From Ginglymostoma cirratum (taxonomy: Eukaryota): a DNA stretch of 64,000 nt. The stretch spans positions 1,047,126-1,111,125 of the forward strand of contig JAHRHZ010000026.1 of NCBI GenBank assembly GCA_024137785.1, in the 5' to 3' direction. The translations under genes and the position numbers were made by a program. A model generated the notes under the pieces. That model was given only the letters and a program-made list of their open reading frames with translations. It had not been told where the DNA came from and did not search any database. Positions within the stretch are counted from its first letter, which is position 1. The number at the start of each line of letters is the position of its first letter. Shown one piece after another: positions 1 to 14,009 of the stretch.

Positions 1-310
1 TTTCCCCCAGGGTAGGGGAGTCCCAAACTGGAGGGCATAGGTTTAAGGTGAGAGGGGAAAGATTTAAAAGGGACCTAAGGGGTAACTTTTTCATGCAGAG
101 GGTGGTGCATGTGTGGAATGAGGTGGTGGAGGCTGGTACAATTGCAACATCTAAAAGGCGTCTGGATGGTTACACGAATAGGAAGAGTTTGGAGGGATAT
201 GGGCCAAATGCTGGCAAACGGGGCTAGATTAAATTAGGATGTCTGGTCGGCATGGACAAGTTGGACCGAAGAGTCTGTTTCCCTGCTGTACAACTCTAAG
301 ACTCTATAAT
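1..310 (+). mobile_element. CR1 3' end (HER1-like)
   Basis: RFKRDLRGNFFMQRVV-type coding end followed by the tail; same family at 6400, 15500, 43210 and 61135. Confidence 0.85.
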
Positions 311-1099
311 GTGCAAATGAACTGGGGGCACAATGTGAGAAGCCAACACTTGCATTAGTCAAATAAAGTATATCAATTAGCAGCACTTTACTGATGCCAG
401 AATACAATCTCAAAACAGTGTGATTTATTGAATAATGCACATTGTGCCTACACCTCAGGTGATTCTGCCTTCACTAAGCCCACAGTGACAAGCTGAACGT
501 CTCTCTCAGTGTCAATGGTCCCAAGAAAGATTTACTTATCAGTCTCAACTCAGTGGACTCAATGCTGATATTTGTCAACAGACTGCTAGCCACACTAAGG
601 AAGGTGTAAGGATGACAGGTCTGAGAACTGGAGAGTCTCGCCAGCAGAATGTGAGGTCCAAGGTGGAGATAAAGTACAACCTTGTTGCAGAGAATATCCA
701 GTATCTAAACCATGCTTTCACAAGTTTGCACCACTGTTATGGGTGAGGAAGATCATTTGACCAATTTAGTTATGCATTTCTCACAATCCCAACAGCCATC
801 CCCCATTCAATTCCCTTAAATATTTCTTGGTGTTTTTCCATGAGCAAAAATATACTCCATGTGTTGATCAAACTTTATGAAGAAGAGGTGGTGTCTGACA
901 TTGGCTGGATCCTCCTCAGAGCCAAGTGGGCACTCTGCCCGCTATCAGAATTTAGTGTAAACTCTGTTTGATTTGGCACCATCTTCTGGCATGTCTGCCT
1001 CTCTCAGTATCTTTAATGTTGAGATTTTGTGATGGTGACGGTGTTCAGACTGGTATTTTAATTCTGTCTGTCACTGTAGATGCTGTAACCTTTACCCTC

Positions 1100-1590
1100 T
1101 GTAAAGGTGAAGCTACCCAAAACTCTGCTCCCCATCCCTTAAGCCCCTTTAACACATTGTCTCTGTGTGTTTGTTGACCAACTTTAGCTCCTGCTTAAGC
1201 AACATCTTGATTTTAAAATTCTTCTCCAAGTTTTCAAATCCCTCCAAGGCTTCACACCCTCCCTCTAATCTCTTTCAGCCCTACAATTTACAAAGATATC
1301 TCTGCTCCTCCCATCTGGCCCTTTTCACATCCCATATATTAAACCAGTCCGTCACTGGCACTGTGCCTTCAACTGCCAAGATTTTCAGTTCTGGAATTTC
1401 CTCCCTTTCCCTCCCTCACTCTCTTTCCTCCGTATGAAGATTCTTGAACTCGACCTATTTGTTTGCAATTTTAACCATCTTGCCAAAAATACCCTTGCGT
1501 CGGCAAATATTTTATTTGAATATGCTCCTGGGTACCACCTTGGGCTGTTTTACGATGTTGAAAGCCCTGTATTCCTGCAGGTTGCTGCTA
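1100..1590 (+). mobile_element. L2-like LINE 3' end (decayed)
   Basis: LQPYN..RYLCSS..AF...WNxLP-like remnant followed by an L2-type tail. Confidence 0.5.
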
Positions 1591-2974
1591 TATTTCCCCA
1601 AAAATTGAATGGTAAACTTCTTTCTTCAATTTACGTCATAACCATCCTTTAAAAGTCTAACGCAAACGTTAGTTTTCCAGTTCTAATGCCAAATTATTCT
1701 TTTTCTTTTTGACAGCCGTTAGTCAATCTGGGGTCCTGTTCTATGGACACCAGTACATCGGCCAAGAAAACACTTATTCCTGACTGCTGAAGGATGCTTT
1801 TGTTTAAGTTAAGCTCAAGTTGCCACTGACCGTGTTTGAAGACACGTTCACCAACCAGTTTTGATTATCGACGAATTAGAATCGGAGTCAAAAAGGCATC
1901 AATTTAAGCTGTAAGCATTGGAAAATGGTATACAGTTACTTATTTTGCCAAAACCTTATGACCAGTTCCAAAAAAAGTATATAAAGCACTGTAGCCTAAC
2001 TGCCCTTTGACAAAGTGTAAAAATGTACAATAAAATAGGGCTAGGTAAACAGTAAAATTAATTTGACTTCACCTTGGAAGAAAAATGGCTTGAATTTGCA
2101 TCACAGTATTTAAAAAAGCTCCATAAATCTAGTCCGTGTTCAATGTGGATGCCAAGAGTACTTAATTACACAATGGAAGTGTTTATAGGGTTTTTACAGC
2201 AAATGATAAATGATCAGCAGATATGCAGCCATATAAGTGGCAAAGTCGATGTCTAGAATGTTCTTTCACTATGCAGTGAGTATCGAGTCCATGCAGGTTT
2301 ATCTTAGCTGTAGTGAAGAGAACTGCTGAAAATCCGCAGCATTCGCTCTGGCTGGAGGAGAGCAATCACTGAGCTGCAGCTCTGTGCACAGTCAGAGCTG
2401 CTGATTATCATGCTATTCGGTGTTGCCCTGGTTATTCTGACTTACCTGATGCCCATGTAACCAGACAAATCAGGTCAGCCGTGGAACTGGACACGATTTA
2501 ATGCTTCACCGCTGCTTCCAGACAAAAGACCTGACACTCAAAATCTCCCTATCACTTTTCAGCTGTTGGAATCAAAGTATGCTTCAGCTGGACAAAGCCC
2601 TAGCCATTCCAACAAACCAAGAAATGTCTGGCACAAGGGAAAGACCACAGTCACAGGTCTTTCTGCTGCAGTATAATGAGGGTCTGTTCAGTTATCAGAC
2701 CCTCTTGTTATCTCAATGTATATAATTACTGTCCTATATGAGTAAGAAATGCCTTAGGTTTTTGTAACTGCAGGGAATATCGTCAAATTCCCCTGTTCGT
2801 TTCCTTTTGATGTGCAAAGACTGTACAGAACTGCTTTAGTACCTGTGGATGTAGATGAAGATTTCTTACAAATAAGGCATATTTTTTGCAATTAAAAAAT
2901 GGCACAGTATGTGGAATTTCTCCAAGCTAACCTCTTGTTTGAGTGAACCTGACAAATTATAATGTATATAAATA

Positions 2975-3400
2975 CTGACCAGTGGGTTGTGGCAGTGTCC
3001 CTACCTCCAAGCCAGGAGATCCAGGTTCAAATGTATCAATGCGAATGACCAGGTTGATTAGGAAAATGTCTATAAGTACTGTCTAATGAGATCTTGTCAT
3101 GCAATGGTAGTGTCCCTACCATTGAGCCAGAAGACCCAGGTTCAGTCCCATCTGTTCCAGACGTAATAACATCTCTGATTAGGCTGATCAGAAACTATCG
3201 ATAAATACTGAGTAAATCGTACCTGCCCCAGACATGTGTCATGGCATGTCTGAACAGGTTGATTAAAAATACCTACACATGCAATTGTGGCACAGTGCCA
3301 GTGTCCCTACCTGTGAGCCAGGAGGGTCAGGATCAAGTACCATCTGCTCCTGAGGTATGTAATGACACCTCTGAATCGGTTGATCACAAATGTCTACAAC
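2975..3400 (+). repeat. Tandem array of 3-4 degenerate tRNA-like short SINE units
   Basis: GTGTCCCTACC at 2995, 3110 and 3301, each followed by a B-box-like GGTTCA/GGATCA and a shared AGGTTGATTA-like tail; a solo copy lies on the minus strand at ~61040-61125. Confidence 0.65.
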
Positions 3401-4048
3401 ATAACATAATACCAAACAATAAACCTCTAGAACAACCTCAAAAGTAAAATCTTTCTGTGGCAGTGATATAGGCCCCTGCAGCACAATTTTTCCCACTCCC
3501 TTCTTGGACTGAGAGACTTCAGTGAGATGTGTCAGGACTGCATCTGAAGCCTGGAAGGGAGGAAAGGCCTAGAAGTCTGACTGGAGGGCAAGGTGCTCCC
3601 CGCCCCTCCCCCCCCCCCCACCAAATTGACCCTCTCCCCTACCACCTCAAACCACTGCTGTATCAGTGAATACAGTAATTGGACCAGTTCAAATAGCTTT
3701 CTTTGGCGCTTGTAACAATTTGTTCAAATTAGACTGGTTGCAGAAAACAAGTTAAAACTACTATGTTGAAAAAGGTTGTCTCAGTGAAAGGTATTTCTAG
3801 CTAAAGTTTGATTATCTCAGTGAACTAGTTATAGCTGCCCAGCCATGGTGTATACATCCTACGTTAATAAATTTTTGGACCCAATCCCTGATCATGAACC
3901 ACATTTACTGCAGACTGAGAAGTTAATAATTACCTCACATTTCACAAAATTACCTTTATTTACCCCAACTCTGAACAAATTTGGATATTTTAGACTATCT
4001 TGGGGCACGTGACTCTGCAATTGTGAGAAAACCAACAACTTCTGAACC

Positions 4049-4182
4049 AAACAATCCGAAAGAACTGCAGATGTTGTAAATCAGAGACAGAAACAGAAAT
4101 TGCCGGATAAGCTTAGCAGGTCTGGCAGAATCTATGCAGAAAAATCAGAGTTAAAGTTTCGGGTTGAGTGACCCTTCCTCAG
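4049..4182 (-). mobile_element. Short Penelope-derived insertion with hammerhead-like motif
   Basis: 12-bp TSD AACTTCTGAACC (4037-4048 and 4183-4194); minus strand reads CTGAGGAAGGGTCACTCAACCCGAAAC. Confidence 0.75.
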
Positions 4183-5579
4183 AACTTCTGAACCCCCCTA
4201 AACATTTCACATAAAGAGGTTAATTCAGTGCTCTAATAAGCTGGATAGCTCTCCTAAATGTCGGAGATTGGTCCAATCTCAAGAGATCTACTGATGAGTA
4301 GAAACTGCTCAGGCTTTGCTCGTAGTTATGGCATCAATCTATTTTCTTCAATGGAGAAGACTCTAGTTCACAGATGGATCTCTGACATTGTCTACATAAT
4401 TTCAAGAGGGATGCATCAGGTTGGAATGTTGCATCAATGGCAATGTTACAGTTGTCACAGAATAATTTGAAATAGAGTGTTACTATTTTAATCTTTTGCT
4501 GTTAAGCTATGAAATAAAGGGACATACCAGACAGACATTGAGATATCCCTTTGGAGAGGAATGGAAGTAAAAAAACTTCCAGTTACATAGCTGTGACTTC
4601 TGGTCTCGCTGCATTCACTGGGATACAAGGAGAGGGTGGGCATTGTATCAATGCCCAGAGTTGACTCCAATGGCTTTTCCTGTCTTTGGATGTTCTTCTA
4701 GTTCCCACCAGTTGACTAAAGGAGCAGTTGAAAATATATGGGTGTAGACGGCATATTAACCCTCATTCCAACAGTGAATGATGAATGAGCGATAAACTAC
4801 AGGAAAAGTAAATCTCCAAGACAAAACGGTGTTAGGCTCGACAGGGAACACACATCAAGAGATCCTTAATGTACAGACAAGCAACCACTGTGTAGCTCAA
4901 CCACAAATCCCAACCACAGTTCTGTCCAGAATGTCAGAAGTGATTTATTTTTGACACAGCCATTGATTTCTATTTTAGACTAAAAATTTGAAATTTGCAA
5001 AATAAAACCTGCCTGAACTATTGTTTATGCTGACTGCTATTGACTTTGGCTGGATTTACAGAGTAGATATGTGCCAGAATCATCTACTCTCTCCAGGAAT
5101 GTGTTTGGATATGGTAAGGGAAGGACAGTGACAGGCAAGCACTCCACTGTTTTCATTTCTACATCCTGGTTAAGTCAGGAGGAGGGTGGCCCTTGGTTGA
5201 TCTTCCCACTGCCGATTGAGGTCCTTATGCCAACAATTCGTAGCCACTTAAGGGATCCATTGCACTACTGGCATTAACTCAGACTTGGGCAGGTCTAACG
5301 CCACGCAGTGTGCATGACAGGTAAACCTGTACAGGCAGCTTGTGGTCTCTTAAGACAGTCCTTCTTCCAAAGGCATTCCTCACCACATTGGCTAACGAAA
5401 TGAGTGTGTAGGTGCTGACAACCAATCCCCACTTTGCTGCTGATGCCATCTTCTCTCCACAACACCCCATCCCCCAATGATCGCATGACCTCCCGTCCCA
5501 TGAAACACCCCCTACCATTATTTCCATGTGACCAAGATCACTGTATGACTCTGATAGGTGTCTTCCTTGCAGCAGATGT

Positions 5580-5905
5580 GGATTGTCTTTTTTTCCTTCT
5601 TGTGGGAGAGACCAGGACCAGAGGGCTTCATCTCAGAATAAGGGATCGCCCATTTAAGACAGAGATGAGGAGATCTTTCTTCTCTTAGAGGGTAGATCTT
5701 TGAAATTTTTTGCTGCAAAGGGCTGTTGAGGCTGGGTCTTTCAAGGCTTAGATATATAGACACATAACCTTGAAAAGAATCAAGAGTTATGGGGAAAAGG
5801 CAAGAAAGTGGAGTTGAGGATCATCAGATCAGCCATGATCTCATTGAATGGCACAGCAAACTCAATGGGCTGATTGGCCCATTTCTGCTCTTATATCTTA
5901 TGGGC
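5580..5905 (+). mobile_element. CR1 3' end
   Basis: ETRTRGLHLRIRDRPFKTEMRRSFFS plus the CR1 tail. Confidence 0.8.
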
Positions 5906-6399
5906 ACCAACTGCTGTGAAGAGCTGTTGGCCTCTGACTGATTAACAAGTCCTCTGGCCCTGGGTTCCTCACCCCAGGAGGATCCTGTGACTGGCATCCC
6001 TGCTGCTTGATTGGGGAAAACCCACTGAACCATGAACCAAAGAAAGTGACTTTGGCCTATTCCCAGCCTTCACATAATCCTGCCCACATGTTGCAGAATG
6101 ATGCAAATAATGAAATTACCAGCCAGCAGGAGACCAGCGATAAATAATTTCATTGGTCCAGCACAACTTGACACTTAAAAAGTTCTATGCAACTACAAAG
6201 GGATAAAGGATGAACAATATGCCAAATAACTGGTTGATATCACAATTGATATATGAGCGAATTGGTCTTATTGGGGTACCTCCTTAACAGCATATTTTCT
6301 AAAAAAAAAATGTTCTAAGCAGTCATGATGGCTATGAGAAATCAGTTTGACAAGTGTTTAGTTTGGTCAATGATCTGAAAAATAAAGACGTAGCCAATG

Positions 6400-6680
6400 T
6401 CTTTTCACCAGGTGGAGGGAGTCCAAAACCAAACAGCGTAGGTTTAAGGTGAGAAGGGAAAGATTTAAAAGGGACCTAAGGGGCAACTTTTTCACACAGA
6501 GGATGGTGCGTGTATTGAACAAGCTGTCAAAGAAAGTGGTGGAGGCTGTTACAGTGACATTTAAAAGACATCTGGATGGATATATGAATAGGAAGGGTTT
6601 AGAGGGATACGGGCCAAATGCTGGCAAATGGGACTAGATTAATTTTGGATATCTGGTCAGCATGGACGGGTTAGACCATT
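6400..6680 (+). mobile_element. CR1 3' end
   Basis: RFKRDLRGNFFTQRMVRVLNKL. Confidence 0.85.
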
Positions 6681-7999
6681 GCATATCACAGACAAAACTA
6701 TATGGCTTTTGGCACAATTTGTGTGGTTCCTTCATAAACAAATGAACAAAAAATTTTGTACGCTTGAAATATCAATGCTCCCTCTGAATGACCAGCATTG
6801 ACCCACTAAGATGTACTCCTGCGATGCCCTATTCTTTTAACCTGTCGAATGAACTTCCTTACCTTGTAAAATCAAAAAGTCAAAATTAGGAATGTTTTAA
6901 ACTGGGTCCCTTTGGATAATTAAAGGAAGTTTCTAAACACCATGCTAGCCAGGGTCTAAATACCCGCAGTCGCTTTTCAAAGCCTCTCAGAATAATTTCA
7001 AAAGGAGCAACGTCAGTCTTTGGAATGAAGCCTAGGTAACTCAGGAACCTGAGCCAAAGCTCAGTATGGAGGCAGGATTATCATTCTGCCACAATTCCGT
7101 TTTTTGCCCATCCAAAGCATCTAGAACTGACTTCCCTCGCTTCACCTCACAGTTTGCACAGTGTTGACACAACATCATCTGCACAAGCTAGCCTGCCAAG
7201 AAGCAGGAATTGAGGTCAGGCAGTGAAAGCCACCAATCCGCATCGCTATTGCATGCAATGGAATGTTTTATGCTTTGCCGAATCGAGCTGGGGTCATTGA
7301 AAGGACAGGGGATCATATGCATTAGCAAAAACAAGGCCAAAAAACTAAAGAACTATTGTCGCCCAGCTGTATTTCAAGTAATTAACTTAAAATGCCTGGA
7401 GATTTTTAAAGTCTTTGTACGGCATTGTTCTAACACAAAGATAATGTTCAAACACTGCAATTCTTGTCAGAACCTGTCACAACTGATGTGTTTTTAAAAC
7501 ATTTACTCATTTTCTGCTGGCAGTGTCAATTCTTTCTTGGGGTATTGTTCCCTGGGTTATCAGTAGTACCTTGCTTTTTGCCTTCATTAGATATTCTTTG
7601 TTGCGGTAAAAAGAATGAGCGTCAATAGCAATTTCACCATAAGGAAGCAACTGAGGGTCATCAATGGCTTCAACTATTACCCACACTACTTTCAGCAGGT
7701 GTCAATCTGTCTCAGGTAGGAATAGAAACCCTATCTTGTTTTTTCTCCTGATATGGAGATGAATTGTAATGATTCAACTGTTGCTTGCCAATTAACCCAG
7801 AACATGTTGAGAATTATACACAAGAATCTCTGGGTATATAGACAAAATATAGATGCTGTTTGTCAACTCATTTTATCGTGCCACTAACCATCTTTCTGAC
7901 TAAATTTTCTTTCCTTATAGTACAATTGTAATTTCTTGATTCGAGAGAGTTGTTCAAAATCTTAAGAATGTCAACAGCGAAACTGTTCCATTCATGAAA

Positions 8000-8720
8000 G
8001 AACCACCAGGTACTGTAGAGGATGAGTGGCAAATAATAAGGTGAAGGAAAAATGTTTTCATGCAACATGTGGTTACAATTAGGAGTATGCTAGTAGTGTG
8101 GTGGAGGTAGGTTCAGTTGTGTCCCTCACTAGGAAATTGTCAATAAGCACCTAAAGAGAACAGAAATGGCATGGTCAAAGGGGATCAATCAGGGAATGGG
8201 ACTAGCTGAGCTGTTCTTTCAGGCAGCTGACATGCCACGATGGGTAGAATTGCCTCTTTGTGCACTGTAGCCCTTCTATGATTCTCTCAGTTTCTCCTCA
8301 AAGTAAAAAATGCCTTTTGGCTTCAAGCCATTCCAGGTGACCCATCAGAACCAAGTCAACACACAAAAATAGGAGCAGGGTTAGGCCATTCGATTGCTTG
8401 AGCCTGCTCTTCCATTCGACAAGATCATGGTTGATCTGTTTGTGCTTCAAGTTCCACATTCCTATCTTACCCGATAAACTCGGACTCCCTTTCTTAACAA
8501 GAATATGTCTACCTCTGCCTTGAAAGAGTTCAATAACCCCACTTTCACCATCTTCTGAGATGAAGAGCTCCAACATTGCACAGAACAAATTTCTCCACCT
8601 CTACATCCCTAAAATGCCAACCTCTAAGTTTTGACACGGTGCCCCCTGGTCCTGGACTTACTCACAAAAGGAAGCATCCTATCGACACCCACATTGTCAA
8701 TATTGTTCAGGATTTTAACA
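8000..8720. mobile_element. Two decayed CR1 3' ends, tail-to-tail (+ ~8000-8285, - ~8345-8720)
   Basis: Similarity to other CR1 tails in the window. Confidence 0.55.
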
Positions 8721-9754
8721 TATTTATACATAAACACATTATAGAAACAATAATTGGGCCCAGAAGATTACAACTGAAGTTGCCAAGTGATTCTTCTGAC
8801 CATATAACAACTTGTCAATTAAATTCATCAATTATTTTGACGCAGATTTGGAATAAATTCTCCTTTTCCTGAATTCCGCATGAAATAGATGCAATTTTAG
8901 TGTAACTAAATTCAATTTTTACAAGCAATAATTATTCATCAGTTGTAGTAACTGAGAACAGGATGCCTGTTATCCTGATGAGGATCATCAGTTGCCTTGA
9001 GTTTCTGACTTTACAGCTCAAGGCGATATTTGTTCCTTTAACTTCAATGCTGGTCATCCTGCTGCTGCTCATAGAAAGTCAGACACCTCACGGAAAGTTT
9101 TTGAAAGTAATTTTTCTCATTTTTTTTTCTAAAAACTTACATGAAAGGTACATTTCTTGAGTCACAGGCTCAAACAATAAGATCATTAATAGGATAAATA
9201 GTACATGCAATTGAAATACTACACAACAATTTTTTTCCTCAATGGAATTAATTATATACATCATATATTTTGTTAAATTGGAAATAAATATGAGAAATTA
9301 ATAATTTCAGAACCAAATTCAGTAAAAGCAATTCAAAAGATTTTTTGCTACAACGTGATTTTTTAACTTCTTATGTCTCCATGATTAATGGTCGAAGCTA
9401 ATCCAATTAATATGAAAATTTAGTGATTTTCACATTGAATTAATGCTTACAGCAAGGAAGTTTCATTTTCAAACAATATGATATTATTTTACTAATTGTA
9501 AAAGGATTCTAACTAATGCAGATCTGTTTTAAATTCTTTGCTTCATGTCTGCCTTTGGGTTTAGAAAATCACTCCCAGTGAAATTAATAAAGTTTAGTTG
9601 TCGCCAACGACATGCAAAAATAACTCATTTACCACATTCAACATTTTCATGTCAGTTCTAATTGGATTTGGTTTTTCAATTTATGCATCTGAGAATTTAT
9701 TTACGAAGAAAATCACTATATCAAAACCTATTAGACATTATTGTTAAGAAGGGA

Positions 9755-10095
9755 CTTTCATTTATAGAGCACAGTTCATGATCTCTGCAATGAAACTGAG
9801 GCAGCGCAAGTTCTCACAAACAGTAATGAGTTACTGAATGTATAATCAATATTTTCAGTGACTGAGGGATGAATGTTGATAATGACACAACAGAACTCCT
9901 TGTTCTCTGAAACCTTGCACATCCATTGGAAAGAGTGGGCAGCAGCTCATTTTAAAATCTCATCCAAAAAACAGCATCTCTGATATTGTAGCACTCCCTC
10001 AGTATTACACCAGAATGTTAGCCGAAACTTTATGCTCAAAGGTTCTGAAATGGAACATATGTCTGAGGCAATGGTAAGAATGCCAATGGCTGCAC
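9755..10095 (-). mobile_element. Deu-domain SINE (decayed)
   Basis: Reverse complement of the TACTGAGGGAGTGCT core. Confidence 0.55.
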
Positions 10096-10539
10096 CAAGA
10101 CAGATAGTTTGATGTCGTTTTTATTGTAACTGCATGCACTGTACGCCATCCTCAGCAGCAAGTAGCAGACCCAATGAGCCAAGTGGTATTCTCCTGTGCT
10201 GTATTCTATGTGTTTACCTCTCTATATATAGAAATATGAGAAAAGTTTTATGTTGATCACAAAAGTATTGAGAATGTCACAAACACTGGAAGATTTCTTC
10301 TGGCCTGCACAAAAAATGTAAAGCTTTTCTAAAACATTTTTTTGATAGAAATAGGACATTCCCTTTTTACAACGGCTTTGATATTAACATGAACTAGCGA
10401 ATTCTGCTACTAGTGTAAAGGATACAATGAAAACGCTACTAAGATTCACAAGATCGCAACTGTTAAAAACGTGTAGAGGGTGCAAACAAAGCTCAAAACT
10501 TTGCACAAACTGCACAGTGCATTAAAATAAAATGAACTG

Positions 10540-11010
10540 CATTATGTGTTTTGCCTGGAGTACTGTGCGCAGGTTTGGTCTCCTTACCTCAAGAAAGATA
10601 TTATTGTCATACAGGGAGCACAGCATAGGTTCACGATATTTGTTCCCAGAATGGTGGGACAGTCCAATGGAGAGAAATTGGGCAAACTGTGCTGGTATTC
10701 TGTCAAATTTTGAAGATTGAAAGGTGATTTCATTGAAACTTGCAAAAGCTTAAAGGGATAGACAGGATGGATGCTGGGAAGACCAGAACAAGGGGCCACA
10801 ATTTTAAAATAAATACAGGACCTAGGTGAGGAGAAATATTTTTATTCAGAGGCTAGTGAGCCTTTGGAATTCTCCACTACAGAGGACTGTGGAAACTGTG
10901 TCTTTGAGTATATTTGAAGTAGTGGTTGGTAAATTCTTAATTATCAAGGTGGAAAGGGTCGTGGGGGTGGAGAAGTGCTCAATTGACCATGAATGGCCTG
11001 TTCCTAACTC
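10540..11010 (+). mobile_element. CR1 3' portion
   Basis: LEYCAQVWSPYL and RRNIFIQRLVSLWNS. Confidence 0.8.
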
Positions 11011-11789
11011 AGACATACTGAAATAAAATCATTGAGGGGATTGTGGTGAACAAAATTGGATAAAAGTTGCTACGCTTTCAGGTGGAGCTTTGATCCACAA
11101 TGGATCAATGTTGCTGTTTTTCATGTGATGTTAATCTTGCTGAGGAGTTTAGGTCTCGCTGGTTTTTCTTAGGTTGACAATTGTGTTTCAATATCACAGG
11201 AACCCCTCAACAAGAAAGAAAAGAAGAAAAACTTCATTTCGACAATGCCCATCAGCAGTTTTGAAATGTCACATTAGCCAATCTATATGTTATCTAAACA
11301 TCACAACTTAGAGCAAATGATTCCAAATGTCTTTTTGAGAATCAATATTCCCAGTATACCCAAGAAGCTCTATTCCAAATTTGAAGATCACTTTTTGAAA
11401 AAAATATTTGCTAACAGTCGAAGTAAGCTAAGTATATGTTTTCTTACTAAAAAACTTGAGTTTTCCCACTAACATCATCAGGTTGGGGTTTTGAAATCAA
11501 TATGTTAAATAGGCAAGTTCAATCATTTTGTATTTGTCCCTGCATGACAAGTACTTAGATATGAAAATTACTAAATGAAAACAAAATTCCAGCTCATTAC
11601 TCAAGTCAGATCCAAATAGATCCTAAAAATATTTGGTCTGTTAATATTTTAGATGTAGATCTTTGATACGAAGTCTGTCAGAACAGATATGGTGGGATTT
11701 GCTATATGCTCCTGAAGTTTGTCTTTAGTCTGTGTGTCTACAGTTATAATCCATTTTAAACCTTGAAGCAAAATCTTTCTTGTGCAAAA

Positions 11790-12045
11790 TGCAACTGAGA
11801 TGAGGAGGAATTTCTTCAGCCAGAGGGTGGCTAATCTGTAGAAATCATTGCCACAGAGGACGGTGGAGGGCAAGTCATTGAGTGTATTTGAGACAGAGAT
11901 AGATGGGTTCATGATTAATACAGGGATCAGGAGTTATGGGGAGAATGCAGGTTGGGAAACATATCAGCCATGATCAAATGGCAGAGCAGACTTGAAAGGC
12001 GGAATGTCATAATTTTGTTCCTATATTTTGTGCTTATGGTCTTAT
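11790..12045 (+). mobile_element. CR1 3' end
   Basis: EMRRNFFSQRVANL plus tail. Confidence 0.8.
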
Positions 12046-13009
12046 GAGTTAGCATTCCACGTTTACTTTCAGCGGGAAACAGCAAAGGTTACATTGAGCC
12101 TTTTGCTCCTTGAAAGCTGACTTTCAATCATTGATTTTGGAGACAGAAGTTCATGAACTGTTGTTAGAAGCACACTGTCGTTGTCACATCACCTCTTCGG
12201 CGAGCATCCATTTTACACAACTTCATTAGAGACATCAGCTTGAGATCAGACTGTACAGTGAACATGAAGCTGAATGAAGACTTTCAAAACGAGTGTCTAA
12301 TACGACATACAAAATAGCATTTTTTGAGTAGAAAAGAGGGAAGTGCTAGAATTATATGTCAATTCCTGTTCAATATGTATGGCAATGTATAAACCTGGTT
12401 TGATTTCTAAAAAGCATCTTCATTTTCTGTAGCTGTCTGCTGCTGTTCTGCATACAAATGGGCAACTTTAATGAAATCATTGTCACAATCAAAGGAATGT
12501 TATCACGTGGGGTTTTGTTCATTCCGACAACAAAGATTTCCATTGACATCATGACTGATTCCTTGTGAGTACTGAAGAAATCCTGCAATTCCCAAATCCG
12601 CATCTATTCCACTTGTTTACTTTCCCTTCAAAAAGTGTAGCTGTCTCAGTATTCAGAATGACATTCACTCACTTATTTTGGCACCCACACTTGGTCGGTT
12701 TCTCTCAGCTATTAACTTTTGCCTATTAATTATTTTATGCCACCCTTTCCTGTGGCAGTGAGGACGATAAGGCACATCTCGTGGTCTTCCTGAATTTTAA
12801 CTCACACATGCCAGGGTAGCAAAATAATCTATAGTGGAGGAGGAATTCAACAGACAACATTTGCAAATACTGCCTCCAATTGACATTACGCAATACCAGC
12901 ACCTTTTTCACTATGTAAAAGGGCCTGAATGCCAGAGGATTCTAACTAAAATTAGATAGTCAGGAATCAGACAGGAACTGGAACACAAGCAAATTTAGGC
13001 CCAAAACCT

Positions 13010-13340
13010 AACGCAGTACTGAGGGAGTACTGCACTGTCAGAGTGCCCTCTTTCAGATCGCATAATAAAACGGAGACAGTCTCTAATGGACATAGACAAT
13101 TCCATAACACTATTTGAAGATCAGATGATCAGCTCTGTGTCCTCACTTAACATTAAAAAATTGCAAATTACCTGATTATGATCACACTGCTGTCAGGGAG
13201 CTTGCTGTGCACAGCTTTGCACAGACTGGCTACCACATTTCCTACAATACAACAGTGACTTCAAAAGTACTGCATTGGCTGAAAATCACTTGGGGTTCTG
13301 GTGATTCTGAAATGCATTATTAAAATGCAAGTCTTTCTTT
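13010..13340 (+). mobile_element. Deu-domain SINE (SacSINE1/AmnSINE-like core)
   Basis: GCAGTACTGAGGGAGTACTGCACTGTC core and a tail ending AAATGCAAGTCTTTCTT. Confidence 0.65.
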
Positions 13341-13472
13341 TGCCTTCTTCAATATTTTTGGTAATATACATCAGTATACATCAGGTCAAAACACAATTAG
13401 ATATGTATCTGAAGACACAAATGAAAAGATGCTGAGATCTGGAAGCGAGTAGATTAGTTGAGTCTGATAAAG

Positions 13473-13686
13473 ATAACACAGTGTGGAGCTGGAGGAACAC
13501 AGCAGGCCAGGCAGCATCAGAGGAGCAGGAAGGCTGACGTTGAGAGTGGGGAAATTTCTGAAGAAGTGTCCCGACCGGAAACGTCAGCCTTCCTGCTCCT
13601 CTGATGCTGCCTGGCCTGCTGTGCTCCTCCAGCTCCACACTGTGTTATCTCTGACTCCAGCATCGGCCGTTCTTACTCTATCTGAG
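13473..13686. mobile_element. Fold-back Penelope-derived mini-element
   Basis: 71-bp inverted arms (13471-13541 and 13580-13650, 1 mismatch); hammerhead-like CTGAAGA...GAAAC in the loop; 14-bp TSD TGAGTCTGATAAAG (13459-13472 and 13687-13700). Confidence 0.8.
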
Positions 13687-14009
13687 TGAGTCTGATAAAG
13701 TTTTTCTTTGGTTGAAATGAATACTCAAAGGTGATTTTGTTGCTATACTCTCAATACTCAGATAGCAGGAAACATAATGCCACAATCAAATCCCTTAAAG
13801 CATCACCTAAACAAGGAGATGGTTGTTTGAAATCTTTTCATAACACCAACTTGTTTGGCTTTGAATTTTTACCCTCTTACTCCAAACTTTGTAACTTTTA
13901 ACTTGTCCTCTACTCTTTAAACTTCATTTCAAAACAGAGAGACAAAGAAAATCAGACAGACTGTTATAAACAGGATCAAAAGAGGTATATTTTATGGTTT
14001 CTTTATATT

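Noticed and set aside
5046-6086. Possible non-autonomous DNA transposon with short terminal inverted repeats around the CR1 at 5580
   Set aside because: The terminal match (TGGCTGGATTT vs GGGCAGGATTA) is too weak to support by eye.
12613-12620. FoxO binding site TTGTTTAC suggesting autoregulation
   Set aside because: Isolated 8-mers occur at chance frequency, and none cluster near the promoter.
13381-13689. Two opposite-strand ORFs with the identical N-terminus MELEEHSRPGSIRGAGRLT
   Set aside because: Artefact of the 71-bp inverted repeat.
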